From a virus: a stretch of 45,340 nt of DNA. Position numbers and translations under genes: made by a program. The notes below the pieces were generated by a model. The model was not told where the DNA came from. It ran no database searches and saw nothing but the letters and a program-made list of their open reading frames with translations. Shown in pieces: positions 30,458 through 39,593 of the stretch (the stretch's first letter is position 1; every line of letters starts with the position of its first letter). The stretch is from IMG/VR virus record IMGVR_UViG_3300025889_000015, positions 1 to 45,340 of that record, one strand, 5' to 3'.

Positions 30458-31927
30458 ATGACCGAAGTCGTCGACGAGCTGCTGGTCAGGCTCGGCTTGG
30501 AGACCGATGCGAAAGGTTTCAAGGAGGCGAACAACCAGTTCGCCGGTATCCGCAGCGCCGCCTTGAAGCTTGGCGCCATCATCGGCGGCGGTGTCGGATT
30601 CCATGACCTGACCGTCGGCGTGGCTGCGGCGCGTGACGAGCTTGGCAAGTGGGCAAAGGACGCCGGAGTCAGCATTCAGTTTGCTGACAAGCTGCGTCAT
30701 GCGATGGAGAAGTTCGGCGGCACAGAGGCTGACTCTCGCGGCCTGATCGATGTTGCCAACAACTTGCGGGAAGCCGCCAAGTGGGGCGAGCTGGCCGAAA
30801 GGTCGTTTACCTCAATGGGGTTCAACCCCCAACGCATCCAACAAGAGAACATGAGCGTCGAGGAGACGATTGATTTCATCTCCCGCGGGCTAAGCAACAT
30901 AAGCGACCGCGACGAGCGGAACCGCATTGCTGAGTCGATGGGGATCAACAACCCATTCACGCGCAACATGCTTGCCGACTACAGCGGGATGCAGGCGGAG
31001 TTCAAGCGCGCCGAAGAGCTTGGCCTTGTAACCGAAGAGATCACCAAGAACGCCGCAGCATTCAACGATGCGATGACAGACGCCGGGCGGGTGGTCCGAA
31101 GCCTCAAGGACATGATCGCCAACGAGCTGCTACCGGGGATGGCGGACTGGGTAACAAGCGCGGCGGAGTGGACGGCACAGAATCGAGCACAGATCCAGAA
31201 GGGGCTGGACATCGCCGGGAATCCTGGCGGCGCCTTGCTTTTGGAGTGGGCGAAAGACTCGTCAGCTGAAGACGAAGACGGGTTTCTCGACAAGCTGTGG
31301 AGCGGCCTGAAATCTGCCAACTCGCCCGGAATGGGGATGGAATTCGGGCTGCTGCGCAAGCTGCTCGGGCTGCCTTCCTCGCCGTCAGCATCGGCAGGCG
31401 GCTTTTCAAATGACGCCATTTTCGATGCCCTGATCCAGCAGGAGTCTGGCGGTCGCCACTACGGTGACGGCAGCTTGCTCCGCTCGGGCAAGGGCGCGCG
31501 CGGAATAACGCAGGTCATGCCAGCTACGGGCCGCAATCCTGGCTACGGCGTCTCGCCACTGGCGAACGACTCGAAAGAGGAATACCTGCGCTTCGGTCGG
31601 GAATACCTGGCCGCGATGATGAAGGAATTCGACGGAGATACTCAGAAGGCGCTTGCGGCTTACAACGCAGGCCCTGGTGCGGTGAAGAATGCCGTCGCAA
31701 GTCACGGCGCCAACTGGCTCTCCGCGATGCCGGGCGAAACCCAAGCCTATGTCCCGTCGATTATGGGTCGGGCGGGGGCGAGCGGAACAACCAACTACTA
31801 CAGCATCGACGCCAGGGGCTCGACCGATCCGGCGGCAACCGAGGCCGCGGTTCGTCGCGTCGTCGACGAGCGTATTCAGAACGCAGCCCAGATCAGCCGA
31901 GACGACTTCCCGAACAACGTCGAATAG
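30458..31927 (+). CDS. Tape measure protein with a C-terminal lytic transglycosylase (SLT) domain
   Basis: IQQESGGRHY...GITQVMPATG...LAAYNAGPGAV. The N-terminal half is helical. Confidence 0.75.
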   Translation: MTEVVDELLVRLGLETDAKGFKEANNQFAGIRSAALKLGAIIGGGVGFHDLTVGVAAARDELGKWAKDAGVSIQFADKLRHAMEKFGGTEADSRGLIDVANNLREAAKWGELAERSFTSMGFNPQRIQQENMSVEETIDFISRGLSNISDRDERNRIAESMGINNPFTRNMLADYSGMQAEFKRAEELGLVTEEITKNAAAFNDAMTDAGRVVRSLKDMIANELLPGMADWVTSAAEWTAQNRAQIQKGLDIAGNPGGALLLEWAKDSSAEDEDGFLDKLWSGLKSANSPGMGMEFGLLRKLLGLPSSPSASAGGFSNDAIFDALIQQESGGRHYGDGSLLRSGKGARGITQVMPATGRNPGYGVSPLANDSKEEYLRFGREYLAAMMKEFDGDTQKALAAYNAGPGAVKNAVASHGANWLSAMPGETQAYVPSIMGRAGASGTTNYYSIDARGSTDPAATEAAVRRVVDERIQNAAQISRDDFPNNVE

Positions 31928-31936
31928 GAATCAACC

Positions 31937-32584
31937 ATGTCTCTAGTCGGCATATTCAGCAAGTCGCGCCCGGACATTGGCGGGCTGTTCTTCGACGCAC
32001 TGCTTGAGGAATCGAGCGAGCTCGTAACGGATGTCACGGAATACCCGATAGAGACGGGCGCGATCGGCAACGACCACGCCGTAGAACGCCCGCTGCGGCT
32101 GACCATGACGGTTGCGCTGTCTGACAATCCGGTGAAAGCGGCGCTGGCTGAGGCGACCGGCACCTTCGAGGGGATTGCCGGGCCTGTCGTCGGAACGGCA
32201 GTGGGTGCTGTCATTGGCACTCTTGGAGGCACAGCGGCTGCTGTGGTGGGCGTTGCCGGCTCAATCCTGACCGAGCTGGCCGGAAGCGGTGAGCAGCGCT
32301 CAGGGAAGATGATCAAGGCCATCCGCACTTTGCAGAGCAGTCATCAGCTCATCACAGTCGTCGGCTCGAAAGGCGCCTATGACAACGTAATGATCACGAA
32401 CACCCGCGTTCAGGTCACCAAGCAGAACGAGGGCGGGCTCGAACTGGTGGTGGAGATGCGCCGGCTCGTCGTGGTGGATAACGCCGCGAACGCCGCGATC
32501 GTGAAACAGAACCTGCCGGCAAACGACACGGCAACGACTCAGGCGCAGCCGGAAAACAATATTGGCGAGGTGGGCTTGCAATGA
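31937..32584 (+). CDS. Baseplate/tail hub-proximal protein
   Basis: Called from position. Has a Gly/Ala-rich central segment. Confidence 0.45.
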   Translation: MSLVGIFSKSRPDIGGLFFDALLEESSELVTDVTEYPIETGAIGNDHAVERPLRLTMTVALSDNPVKAALAEATGTFEGIAGPVVGTAVGAVIGTLGGTAAAVVGVAGSILTELAGSGEQRSGKMIKAIRTLQSSHQLITVVGSKGAYDNVMITNTRVQVTKQNEGGLELVVEMRRLVVVDNAANAAIVKQNLPANDTATTQAQPENNIGEVGLQ

Positions 32585-32871
32585 GAACGATCCCACTCCG
32601 CGCGGGCGATGCCTTTCTGCGCTTTGGCGTCACGCTTGCCGGCACCTACGTTCAGTTCCGGCTGCGTTGGTCTACTCGTCACAGCTATTACACCGTCGAC
32701 ATGCGCCGAGACGATGGCACTGCTATCGCCCTTGGCCGGGGCCTTCACCCGAACATCAACCTGCTCGCCGGATTGAACCTCGCGCTTGGCCGGGTCGTGC
32801 TTGAAGGGGAGGCGCCGACCATCGCCAACCTGGGCATAACCAACAAGCTGCGGTGGTATCCAGATGAGTAA
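32581..32871 (+). CDS. Hypothetical baseplate-module protein (96 aa)
   Basis: ATGA overlap. Confidence 0.5.
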   Translation: MRTIPLRAGDAFLRFGVTLAGTYVQFRLRWSTRHSYYTVDMRRDDGTAIALGRGLHPNINLLAGLNLALGRVVLEGEAPTIANLGITNKLRWYPDE

Positions 32872-33742
32872 ACTTTTCGGACGAAACTACCGGCTGACCA
32901 TCAAGAGTGGCGCGGATGAGCTGGTGTATGAGCCGCCGATGCAGGTCCGTTTCAGCATCGATATCTGGCCGGGCAACGCGGGCGGGGTTGCGGAAATCAC
33001 CTTGTACGGCGCGTCACGCGATACGAGAAAGGCGATCTACGCCAAGTTCGACAGCATTGCACTCTCAGCAGGATACGGCGAGCGCGTCGGCCTACTGTTC
33101 GCCGGCGACATCATCAATATCGAGATCGGCCGCGAAGGCGTCGACAAGTACATCAAGTTCTATGCGCGCCCGTCGGGGCAGGCGCAGGCGGGTGCGTTCA
33201 TCAGCAAGTCATGGGGCGCCAACACGCCGCAGATCGACATCATCCGCGAGATTGCGGAATCGTTGCTGCTGCCGGTGGAGTTCATTGGCGACTTCTCCGA
33301 CCTGCCGCGGGCGCTGAAAGGCCGGAGCATGTGCCGCTCTTCGATCGACTGCATGAACGAGATGGCCGAGCTTCACGGCTTCACCTGGTTCATGGGGGCA
33401 AACCGGCTGGTCATCATTCGGACCAAGGACGGGATTGCCGCAGAGACGAGGCAGGGCGAGCCGCATGTTATCTCAGCCGCAACGGGCATGGTCGGCTCTC
33501 CGCAGATCCTGATTCAAGGCGTCGATGTGAAAACCAAGCTGAACGCCTCGATTATTCCGGGCGACACGGTGGACATCCAGGCCGAGACGCGCCAGTTCGC
33601 GTTCTCTGGCGTCTATGAGTACCAGATGGATCGCGACCCCACGGGCGGCAACGGGCTCTACAGCGTCCTTGGCGTGAAGCACGAAGGCGACTTCTACGGC
33701 GACACCTGGGACACGTCAGTTAGCGGGGTGCGCAAGACATGA
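32864..33742 (+). CDS. Baseplate hub protein (gpD/gp44-like)
   Basis: Called from its position upstream of the spike gene and its size (292 aa). Confidence 0.5.
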   Translation: MSKLFGRNYRLTIKSGADELVYEPPMQVRFSIDIWPGNAGGVAEITLYGASRDTRKAIYAKFDSIALSAGYGERVGLLFAGDIINIEIGREGVDKYIKFYARPSGQAQAGAFISKSWGANTPQIDIIREIAESLLLPVEFIGDFSDLPRALKGRSMCRSSIDCMNEMAELHGFTWFMGANRLVIIRTKDGIAAETRQGEPHVISAATGMVGSPQILIQGVDVKTKLNASIIPGDTVDIQAETRQFAFSGVYEYQMDRDPTGGNGLYSVLGVKHEGDFYGDTWDTSVSGVRKT

Positions 33743-34395
33743 CCGAGCCAAGAGTGAACCCGTTAACGCCTCTCATAAAGGACGCCGTTAACACATCGCT
33801 GCGCAACCTGATGGTGTGCCTGCCTGGCAAGGTGGTTTCCTTCGACCCCGACACGCAGATGGCGCAGGTGGAGTGCGGGATTCAGAAGCGCATCAATGGT
33901 GTGTTCCGCACGATTCCGGTTATCGACAGCGTGCGCGTCCAGTTCTCCGGCGACAACGAATGGTACTTCTGGCACCAGATCAAGCCGGGCACGGAGGGGC
34001 TGATTCACTTCAGCCAACGCGCGGTCGACACATGGAACGATCAGGGCGGGCCAGTGGCTCCGCATGAACTGCGGATGTTCTCGCCCGAGGATGCCTACTT
34101 TGTGCCCGGCATTCGCTCAACGCCTCGCATCATCCCTGGCTTCGTCAATGAAGGCGTCGGCATGAGCAGTTACGACGGCGCGACCCGGATCCATCTCTCG
34201 CCCGGCAAGATCAGCTTGAAGGCTGCCGTGATCGAGATGGATGCGGACAGCATCACGCAAACCGCCAGTACGCTTACGGTTCAGGCCGATACCGCAACAA
34301 CCGGCGCACTGACAAACAACGGAAAGAACGTTGGCAGCACTCACGAGCACAGCGGCGTGCAGACCGGGCCGAGCAATACAGGAGCGCCGACGTGA
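33739..34395 (+). CDS. Baseplate central spike protein (gpV/Gp138-like)
   Basis: LPGKVVSFDPDTQMAQVE...GSTHEHSGVQTGP fits the spike OB-fold and apex pattern. Confidence 0.55.
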   Translation: MTEPRVNPLTPLIKDAVNTSLRNLMVCLPGKVVSFDPDTQMAQVECGIQKRINGVFRTIPVIDSVRVQFSGDNEWYFWHQIKPGTEGLIHFSQRAVDTWNDQGGPVAPHELRMFSPEDAYFVPGIRSTPRIIPGFVNEGVGMSSYDGATRIHLSPGKISLKAAVIEMDADSITQTASTLTVQADTATTGALTNNGKNVGSTHEHSGVQTGPSNTGAPT

Positions 34396-34751
34396 TCAGA
34401 AACTTCGTAAACGGCGACATCGTGACCAGCGGCGAGCACTTCGCCAAAGGCAAAGAGGCAACCCGGCAAGGCGTCATTCGGCGCCTTCGTCTTTTCCTGG
34501 GCGAATATTTCCTTGATGCAACCGACGGGACGCCCTGGTTCAGCGGGATTCTCGGCAAGACCGATCAGGACTTCGCAGAGGCCACGCTCAAGCGCCGCAT
34601 CATCACCACGCCGGGCATCATCGGCATCAGCTCGTTTTCTCTCACCATGGAGCAGAGGGAGCGCCGCATCACCGTTCAGGCCAGCGTCATCGACGTGAAC
34701 AACGAGCAGCTACTGATTGAGCTTTCGGGCGATCCGCTCTCGATGCTCTAG
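34392..34751 (+). CDS. Baseplate wedge protein (gp25/W-like)
   Basis: GTGA overlap, 119 aa, called from position. Confidence 0.45.
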   Translation: MIRNFVNGDIVTSGEHFAKGKEATRQGVIRRLRLFLGEYFLDATDGTPWFSGILGKTDQDFAEATLKRRIITTPGIIGISSFSLTMEQRERRITVQASVIDVNNEQLLIELSGDPLSML

Positions 34752-34769
34752 CCGAACAATGGAACACCC

Positions 34770-34793
34770 AGCCCGCCGCGTGCGGGCTTTTTA
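34770..34793 (+). terminator. Intrinsic terminator
   Basis: Hairpin agcccgc-cgcgt-gcgggct followed by ttttt. Confidence 0.75.
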
Positions 34794-34810
34794 TTGCCTG
34801 GGAGAAACTA

Positions 34811-36013
34811 ATGGCCGAAATCACAGCGTCAGGCGTTACGGGTACGTCGCTCAGCGAATACCTGGCGGCCATGCGGGCGCGTTATCTGGATATCGACGAC
34901 GCCTGGAACATCAATCCGGAGTCGCCGGACGGCCTTCAGATCGCCGCATGGTGCGAGGCGCTGGCGAACCTCGATGAGCAAGTCACATTTGCTTATCAAT
35001 CCTGCGATCCGCAAAGCGCCATAGGCCAGCAACTTGACCGAATCGCGATGTTTGCCGGGCTGTCTCGGCAGGATGCGACCTTTTCCACGGCCACCGTCTC
35101 GTTTACTGGCGTGGATGGCACAGTCATTCCGGTCGGTACGCAGATTCGCAATAAAGCCACAGACACGCTGTGGGCAACAGATGGTGTGGTCACGCTCTCG
35201 GGAGGCGTGGGCTCCGTCGGCGTGACCTGTACCGAAGCCGGGGCTGCTACTGCATCGCCTGGCGATCTTTCGATAATCGCGACCCCTGTTGGTGGCCTGC
35301 AGTCGGTCACGAACATTGCTGCCGCATCGCTAGGGCTGGACGAAGAGGCTGATGATGCCTTTCGGTCGCGGCGCAATGCCTCGGTTGCGTTGCCAGGCTC
35401 GAACCAGATCGACAACATTTACGCCGCGGTTGGCAACGTAGATGGCGTGAAGCAGGTGAAGGTCTTCGAGAACTCAGAAGACGCAACGGATGCTGACGGG
35501 GTAGCGGGACACTCGATGGCTATCTTCGTCGACGGCGGCAGCGATGAGGATGTGCTGAAGGCCATCGCCTCACGCAAAAACCCCGGCTGCGGACTCAATC
35601 GCGACAGCGCCTTCCCCAACAAGATCACCGCCGACACGACCACACCGAAAGGGCAGCCGGTCAACATCACCTTCTTCAGGCCTGAACTGATCACGGTCTA
35701 CGTGCTCGTCCAGATCGCAAGCAGCACGCTATCTGAACAGGACAAAGTGCGGATCAAGGACGAAATGGTGGCCTACTCGCTGCTGGGCTTTCAGAGTCAG
35801 TCGGGCTTCAATCGCGAGGGATTCCGCATCGGCGAAAACGTAGCGGCTGGCCGCCTCTATACGCCGGTGAACTTCATCGTCGCGGGTAACGGCTACGTCC
35901 AGTCGATCATGCTCGGCTTTGATCCGGGTACGATCGATAGCCAAGTTCTCGCCCTGGCATTCAACCAGCTTGGCGCGCTCGATGCGGCGAACATCACGGT
36001 GGAGTATGTCTGA
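34811..36013 (+). CDS. Baseplate J-like protein
   Basis: 400-aa protein, called from position and recalled family resemblance. Confidence 0.6.
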   Translation: MAEITASGVTGTSLSEYLAAMRARYLDIDDAWNINPESPDGLQIAAWCEALANLDEQVTFAYQSCDPQSAIGQQLDRIAMFAGLSRQDATFSTATVSFTGVDGTVIPVGTQIRNKATDTLWATDGVVTLSGGVGSVGVTCTEAGAATASPGDLSIIATPVGGLQSVTNIAAASLGLDEEADDAFRSRRNASVALPGSNQIDNIYAAVGNVDGVKQVKVFENSEDATDADGVAGHSMAIFVDGGSDEDVLKAIASRKNPGCGLNRDSAFPNKITADTTTPKGQPVNITFFRPELITVYVLVQIASSTLSEQDKVRIKDEMVAYSLLGFQSQSGFNREGFRIGENVAAGRLYTPVNFIVAGNGYVQSIMLGFDPGTIDSQVLALAFNQLGALDAANITVEYV

Positions 36014-36660
36014 TGGATCACGCCAAGAAAGCACTTTCGCGCGTCTATTGGCAGTACCGCAACGCGCCGAAAATGCGCGAGTGGCTGCAAATCCTGCCGA
36101 AGATGGCGCAGGCCGAAATCGAAGCATCGCTCGGCCAAATCGTTGACCTGCTCGACATCGACAGCGCATCGGGCCATCAGCTGGAAATCATCGGGCGTAT
36201 TGCCGGCATCGACCGACCGCGCATCCGTTCCGACGCATTGCAGGTGTTCGCCTACAACGGAACGATCGGCGCTCAGCCCTACGACACGGCACCATATCGC
36301 GAGCCTGGCACGGAGTTGCCGACAATCCTGCTGCCGGACTACCTATACCGCGTGCTGATCAAGGCAAAGATCATGCGCAACAACGGCGCGGCGACATTGG
36401 ATGATGTGAAGGCTGCTGTCGACTTCATCTTCGGCGTGGATAGCACCGTCATCGATGCCCAGGACATGAGCATGGCCACCGTCTGGCTGGAAGAGGGCGT
36501 GGTGGCAAACCTGCTCGTTCTCGTTCAGGAGTTCGACATCATCCCGCGCCCTCAAGGCGTGCGGATTCGCAAGATCGCAAAGAACGAATACCCCTTCGCC
36601 TACAAAGGCACTTTCTCAGCCCAGCCATACGGCGTGGGTAGTTACGTCACGCCCGCTTAA
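36013..36660 (+). CDS. DUF2612-like baseplate/fiber-attachment protein
   Basis: RVYWQYRNAPKMREWLQIL...LDIDSASGHQLEIIGRIAGI. Confidence 0.55.
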   Translation: MDHAKKALSRVYWQYRNAPKMREWLQILPKMAQAEIEASLGQIVDLLDIDSASGHQLEIIGRIAGIDRPRIRSDALQVFAYNGTIGAQPYDTAPYREPGTELPTILLPDYLYRVLIKAKIMRNNGAATLDDVKAAVDFIFGVDSTVIDAQDMSMATVWLEEGVVANLLVLVQEFDIIPRPQGVRIRKIAKNEYPFAYKGTFSAQPYGVGSYVTPA

Positions 36661-36672
36661 GGAGCACTAGAG

Positions 36673-37575
36673 ATGGCGAGAAGCGATAGTTTCACTAAGA
36701 AGTGGGCCAGCGTCCCTGCGCAGTTCGAGCGGCCAACTGATGCCCTCATAGATCGCGGCTGGGCGGGTGGCGCGGCAGAAGATCCACCAGAGGCCAAGTG
36801 GGAGAACTGGTGGCATAACCGGGTCGATGAGGCGCTGGCAGAGATTGAGGCAAACGGCGCGATGGCGTGGTTTGAAGATGTCCCGTACTCCATCGGCGCG
36901 ACCGTGCGTAGTGGTGGGAAAAACTGGATCGCAGCCATCGCTAGTATCGGCACTGAGCCGGGCGGGGTCGATGATGCTGGCCACTGGCAGGGGCTGAGCC
37001 TGGAGATTGCCAGTCAGGCAGAGGCAGAAGATGGAGACGAGGCGACATCCAGTAACGTCAAGCGAATGACGCCGCTGCGCGTGCTGCAGGCGATTAAGGC
37101 GCGCATCTCATCAGCGTCCGAGACTATTGCGGGAATGCTTAGGATCGCCACGCAGGCCGAGACGGATGCCGGCGTGCGGGACGATGTAGCGGTCACGCCG
37201 AAGAAGCTTGCTGGAGCGGTAGATTTCGCCATCATCTACCCGAACGGCGGGACTGAGGCGAGTCCGGCGACAATTGCAGCAAACATGCGCTACCCAGAAG
37301 CCAACCCCTTCCCAGGGTATTACGTTGATTGCGTCCTTGAGGTCTGGATCAATGGCAATTGGTTTGATCCGGGGACCATGCAGACATCGGGATCAACGGC
37401 GTACGGAGCAAAAGCATCCCAGATAAACGGCGGGGACATCATCGTACGGACCCTGCTATCCGGAATACATCAAAACCCCGCGCTGTCTGGCACTGCAAGC
37501 CCTGACGCTGCGGGTGCAACAACGTCAGCGCCGTGCCGCGTAAAAGTACGGAAAGTAAAAGGAGCCACAGCATGA
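36673..37575 (+). CDS. Tail fiber protein
   Basis: Fiber-type N-terminus FERPTDALIDRGWAGGAAEDPPEAKWENWWHNRVDEAL and repeated AETDAG-type segments. Confidence 0.6.
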   Translation: MARSDSFTKKWASVPAQFERPTDALIDRGWAGGAAEDPPEAKWENWWHNRVDEALAEIEANGAMAWFEDVPYSIGATVRSGGKNWIAAIASIGTEPGGVDDAGHWQGLSLEIASQAEAEDGDEATSSNVKRMTPLRVLQAIKARISSASETIAGMLRIATQAETDAGVRDDVAVTPKKLAGAVDFAIIYPNGGTEASPATIAANMRYPEANPFPGYYVDCVLEVWINGNWFDPGTMQTSGSTAYGAKASQINGGDIIVRTLLSGIHQNPALSGTASPDAAGATTSAPCRVKVRKVKGATA

Positions 37576-37964
37576 GTCGTCCTATATTTGCCGAGGTAGG
37601 CAGCAGCTTCGCTCAGTCTGGTGGAACCTGCCCAGCTGGCTGGATCGTCATGCAGGGCGAGCGTCCAACGCTGGAGCATGTGGCGCACGATGACGGGAGC
37701 TGGGTTATCGCGCCCGTAGTTGTCCCTTCAGTCGTAACTATGCGGCAAGCCCGTATAGCCCTTAGTCGCGCCGGCCTTATAGCGCAGGTCGAACAAGCGC
37801 TTACTGCGATGGAGGGCCAGGCCGGCGAAGAGGCGCGTATTGAATGGGATTATTCAAGCGAAGTGCATCGCAACAAGCCGTTTGTAATTGGCTTGGGCGC
37901 AGCAGTCGGGCTGACTGACGCGCAGATTGACGAGCTGTTTATCACGGCGTCAGGTATCGCGTGA
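37572..37964 (+). CDS. Hypothetical protein (possible fiber assembly/chaperone)
   Basis: ATGA overlap with the fiber gene stop. Confidence 0.4.
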   Translation: MSRPIFAEVGSSFAQSGGTCPAGWIVMQGERPTLEHVAHDDGSWVIAPVVVPSVVTMRQARIALSRAGLIAQVEQALTAMEGQAGEEARIEWDYSSEVHRNKPFVIGLGAAVGLTDAQIDELFITASGIA

Positions 37965-38389
37965 TGGCCCGCCTTGCGCTTCGCAAGCACGACACGAGGT
38001 TGACGGCGCGCTTTATTCAATACTGGACGGGGTCTCCGTACAGCCATTGCGAGCTAGTCGTCGACGGCATGTGCTACTCGTCTTCAGCTATGGACGGCGG
38101 GGTCCGCTGCAAGGAGATACATCTCGATACTGAGAAGTGGGATGTCATCGATTTGCCTTGGGCAGATGGCGCTCAGATCGTGGCGTACTTCCGCGAGACG
38201 GATCATCATCGCTATGGCTGGCTTGGTCTTGTCACCAGCCAGCTCTTCAACCTCAACCGCGAGACGGACGGCGCGCAGATCTGCAGCCAGTGGTGCGGTG
38301 CCGCGCTGGGGCTACCTGCTCCGTCCAGCCTCAGCCCGCGAACGCTTGGCGAGTGGTGCAGCTACATCGGCAGCCCCGCTACCGTCTAA
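37964..38389 (+). CDS. Permuted papain-like (C92/YiiX-like) putative amidase
   Basis: TGSPYSHCELV ... HRYGW ... AQICSQWC has the His-before-Cys order I recall for the YiiX/C92 family. Confidence 0.35.
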   Translation: MARLALRKHDTRLTARFIQYWTGSPYSHCELVVDGMCYSSSAMDGGVRCKEIHLDTEKWDVIDLPWADGAQIVAYFRETDHHRYGWLGLVTSQLFNLNRETDGAQICSQWCGAALGLPAPSSLSPRTLGEWCSYIGSPATV

Positions 38390-38390
38390 T

Positions 38391-38414
38391 AGCCCCGCCA
38401 GTCGGGGCTTTTTT
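38391..38414 (+). terminator. Intrinsic terminator
   Basis: Hairpin agccccg-ccagt-cggggct followed by tttttt. Confidence 0.75.
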
Positions 38415-38431
38415 CTGCCTGGAATAAAATC

Positions 38432-38863
38432 ATGCACACATCACAGAAGGGGCTTGATCTGATCAAGTCCTTCGAGGGGCTGCGCCTGTCTGCCTATAAA
38501 GACGTGGCGGGAGTGGTCACCATCGGCTATGGAACGACGTCCGGCGTTAAGATGGGCGACACCATCACGAAGGAGCGAGCTGAGGAGTTGCTGCGCGAGG
38601 ACGTTGCGCGCTTCGAGGCGCAAGTGCAGCGACTGGTCAAGGTGCCGCTGACGCAGGGCCAGCACGACGCACTGGTCTCCTTTGTCTATAACCTCGGGCC
38701 GGGCAATCTCAGCAACTCGACGCTGCTGCGCCTGCTCAATTCGGGCGACTACAATGGCGCCGCGGCTCAGTTCGACCGGTGGACCAAGGCTGGAGGCAAG
38801 ACGCTGGCCGGACTGGTTCGCCGCCGCGCTGCTGAGCGCGCCTTGTTCGAGGGCATGACGTGA
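38432..38863 (+). CDS. Endolysin, GH24 (T4/lambda-R-type) lysozyme
   Basis: FEGLRLSAYKDVAGVVTIGYGTT shows the E-x8-D-x5-T catalytic spacing. Confidence 0.85.
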   Translation: MHTSQKGLDLIKSFEGLRLSAYKDVAGVVTIGYGTTSGVKMGDTITKERAEELLREDVARFEAQVQRLVKVPLTQGQHDALVSFVYNLGPGNLSNSTLLRLLNSGDYNGAAAQFDRWTKAGGKTLAGLVRRRAAERALFEGMT

Positions 38864-39375
38864 CCGCCTGGCTGAAGTTGGTCCCTACTTGGTCCTACTG
38901 GGTCCTTGCCTTAGTCCTTGTGGCCGGCGGGCAGCAGATCCGGGTGTTGTCGGCGCAGTCTGACGCCTCGAAGGCGCAGGCCGAGCTTGCGAACTACCGC
39001 ACCGAAGTCAGCGAGCGCGACCGCCGTGCCGCGCTGTTCGTCATTCAGGAAAACCAGCGGCGACAGGCCGCAACGGAGAAGGCAGATGCAGACGCACGGA
39101 AACAGCTGGTTGCAGCGCGTACTGATGCTGATCGCGCTGGTAGTGCTCTTGAGCGCCTGCAGCAGCGCCTCGCCGCAGCTGAGCAGCGCAGTCGTGACGC
39201 CGGCAATGCCATCACTGCCCAGCTCGGCCAGGCAGCCGAAGACGCCGCCAGAATGCGAGCCGACGTGTTCGGCCGGATTGGAACGGCTGCTCAACTCTAT
39301 GCTGCTGTCGCCGACGAGCGAGGAGTAGCCGGGGCTACGTGTGAGAAATCATATGAAGCAGTGAAGGGGAATTGA
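38860..39375 (+). CDS. Rz: i-spanin (Rz-like)
   Basis: GTGA overlap with the endolysin. N-terminal TM segment WSYWVLALVLVAGG and a coiled-coil periplasmic domain. Confidence 0.7.
   Translation: MTAWLKLVPTWSYWVLALVLVAGGQQIRVLSAQSDASKAQAELANYRTEVSERDRRAALFVIQENQRRQAATEKADADARKQLVAARTDADRAGSALERLQQRLAAAEQRSRDAGNAITAQLGQAAEDAARMRADVFGRIGTAAQLYAAVADERGVAGATCEKSYEAVKGN
39086..39328 (+). CDS. Rz1: o-spanin lipoprotein (Rz1-like) embedded in the +1 frame of Rz
   Basis: ATG 39086 follows GGAGAAGG. Lipobox LLSAC. The mature part is Pro-rich. Confidence 0.65.
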   Translation: MQTHGNSWLQRVLMLIALVVLLSACSSASPQLSSAVVTPAMPSLPSSARQPKTPPECEPTCSAGLERLLNSMLLSPTSEE

Positions 39376-39485
39376 GATTGCCCGGACGGGCTGAGAGGGG
39401 AAACAAAAAAGGTTGCTGAAATGTTGCTGAAACCGGGACTAACCGGGACATATTTTCAGCAACTTTCAACAACCTTTTCTGCTAG

Positions 39486-39510
39486 AGGCCCCGTATTCTG
39501 GGGCTTGTTT
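39486..39510 (+). terminator. Weak terminator-like hairpin at the end of the late operon
   Basis: Hairpin aggcccc-gtattct-ggggctt followed by gttt. Confidence 0.4.
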
Positions 39511-39548
39511 GGTGGAGCCGGGGGGATTTGAACCCCCGTCCTGTTGGC
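39510..39548 (-). other. 3'-terminal fragment of a tmRNA (ssrA)-like or tRNA-Ala-like gene; probable attP core
   Basis: The minus strand reads ...caggacGGGGGTTCAAATCCCCCcggctccacca. It has a T-arm, then a 3' acceptor strand CGGCTCC with U at position 70 (the G3:U70 type), then ACCA. No 5' half is present. Confidence 0.55.
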
Positions 39549-39593
39549 GTATTTGCTGGGCTGTAGCGGGGTGGTTGCTGAAATGTTGCTGAA

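Larger units (their letters stand above)
39411..39593. other. attP region: tmRNA-like core flanked by 21-bp direct repeats and 9-mer arm-type sites
   Basis: GGTTGCTGAAATGTTGCTGAA occurs at 39411..39431 and 39573..39593. Inverted 9-mers TTCAGCAAC / TTCAACAAC lie at 39455..39474. The tandem AACCGGGAC x2 lies at 39431..39449. Confidence 0.6.

Noticed and set aside
39510-39548. An intact tRNA or tmRNA gene at attP
   Set aside because: Only the T-arm and the 3' acceptor strand are present. No D-arm, anticodon arm or 5' acceptor strand lies upstream.
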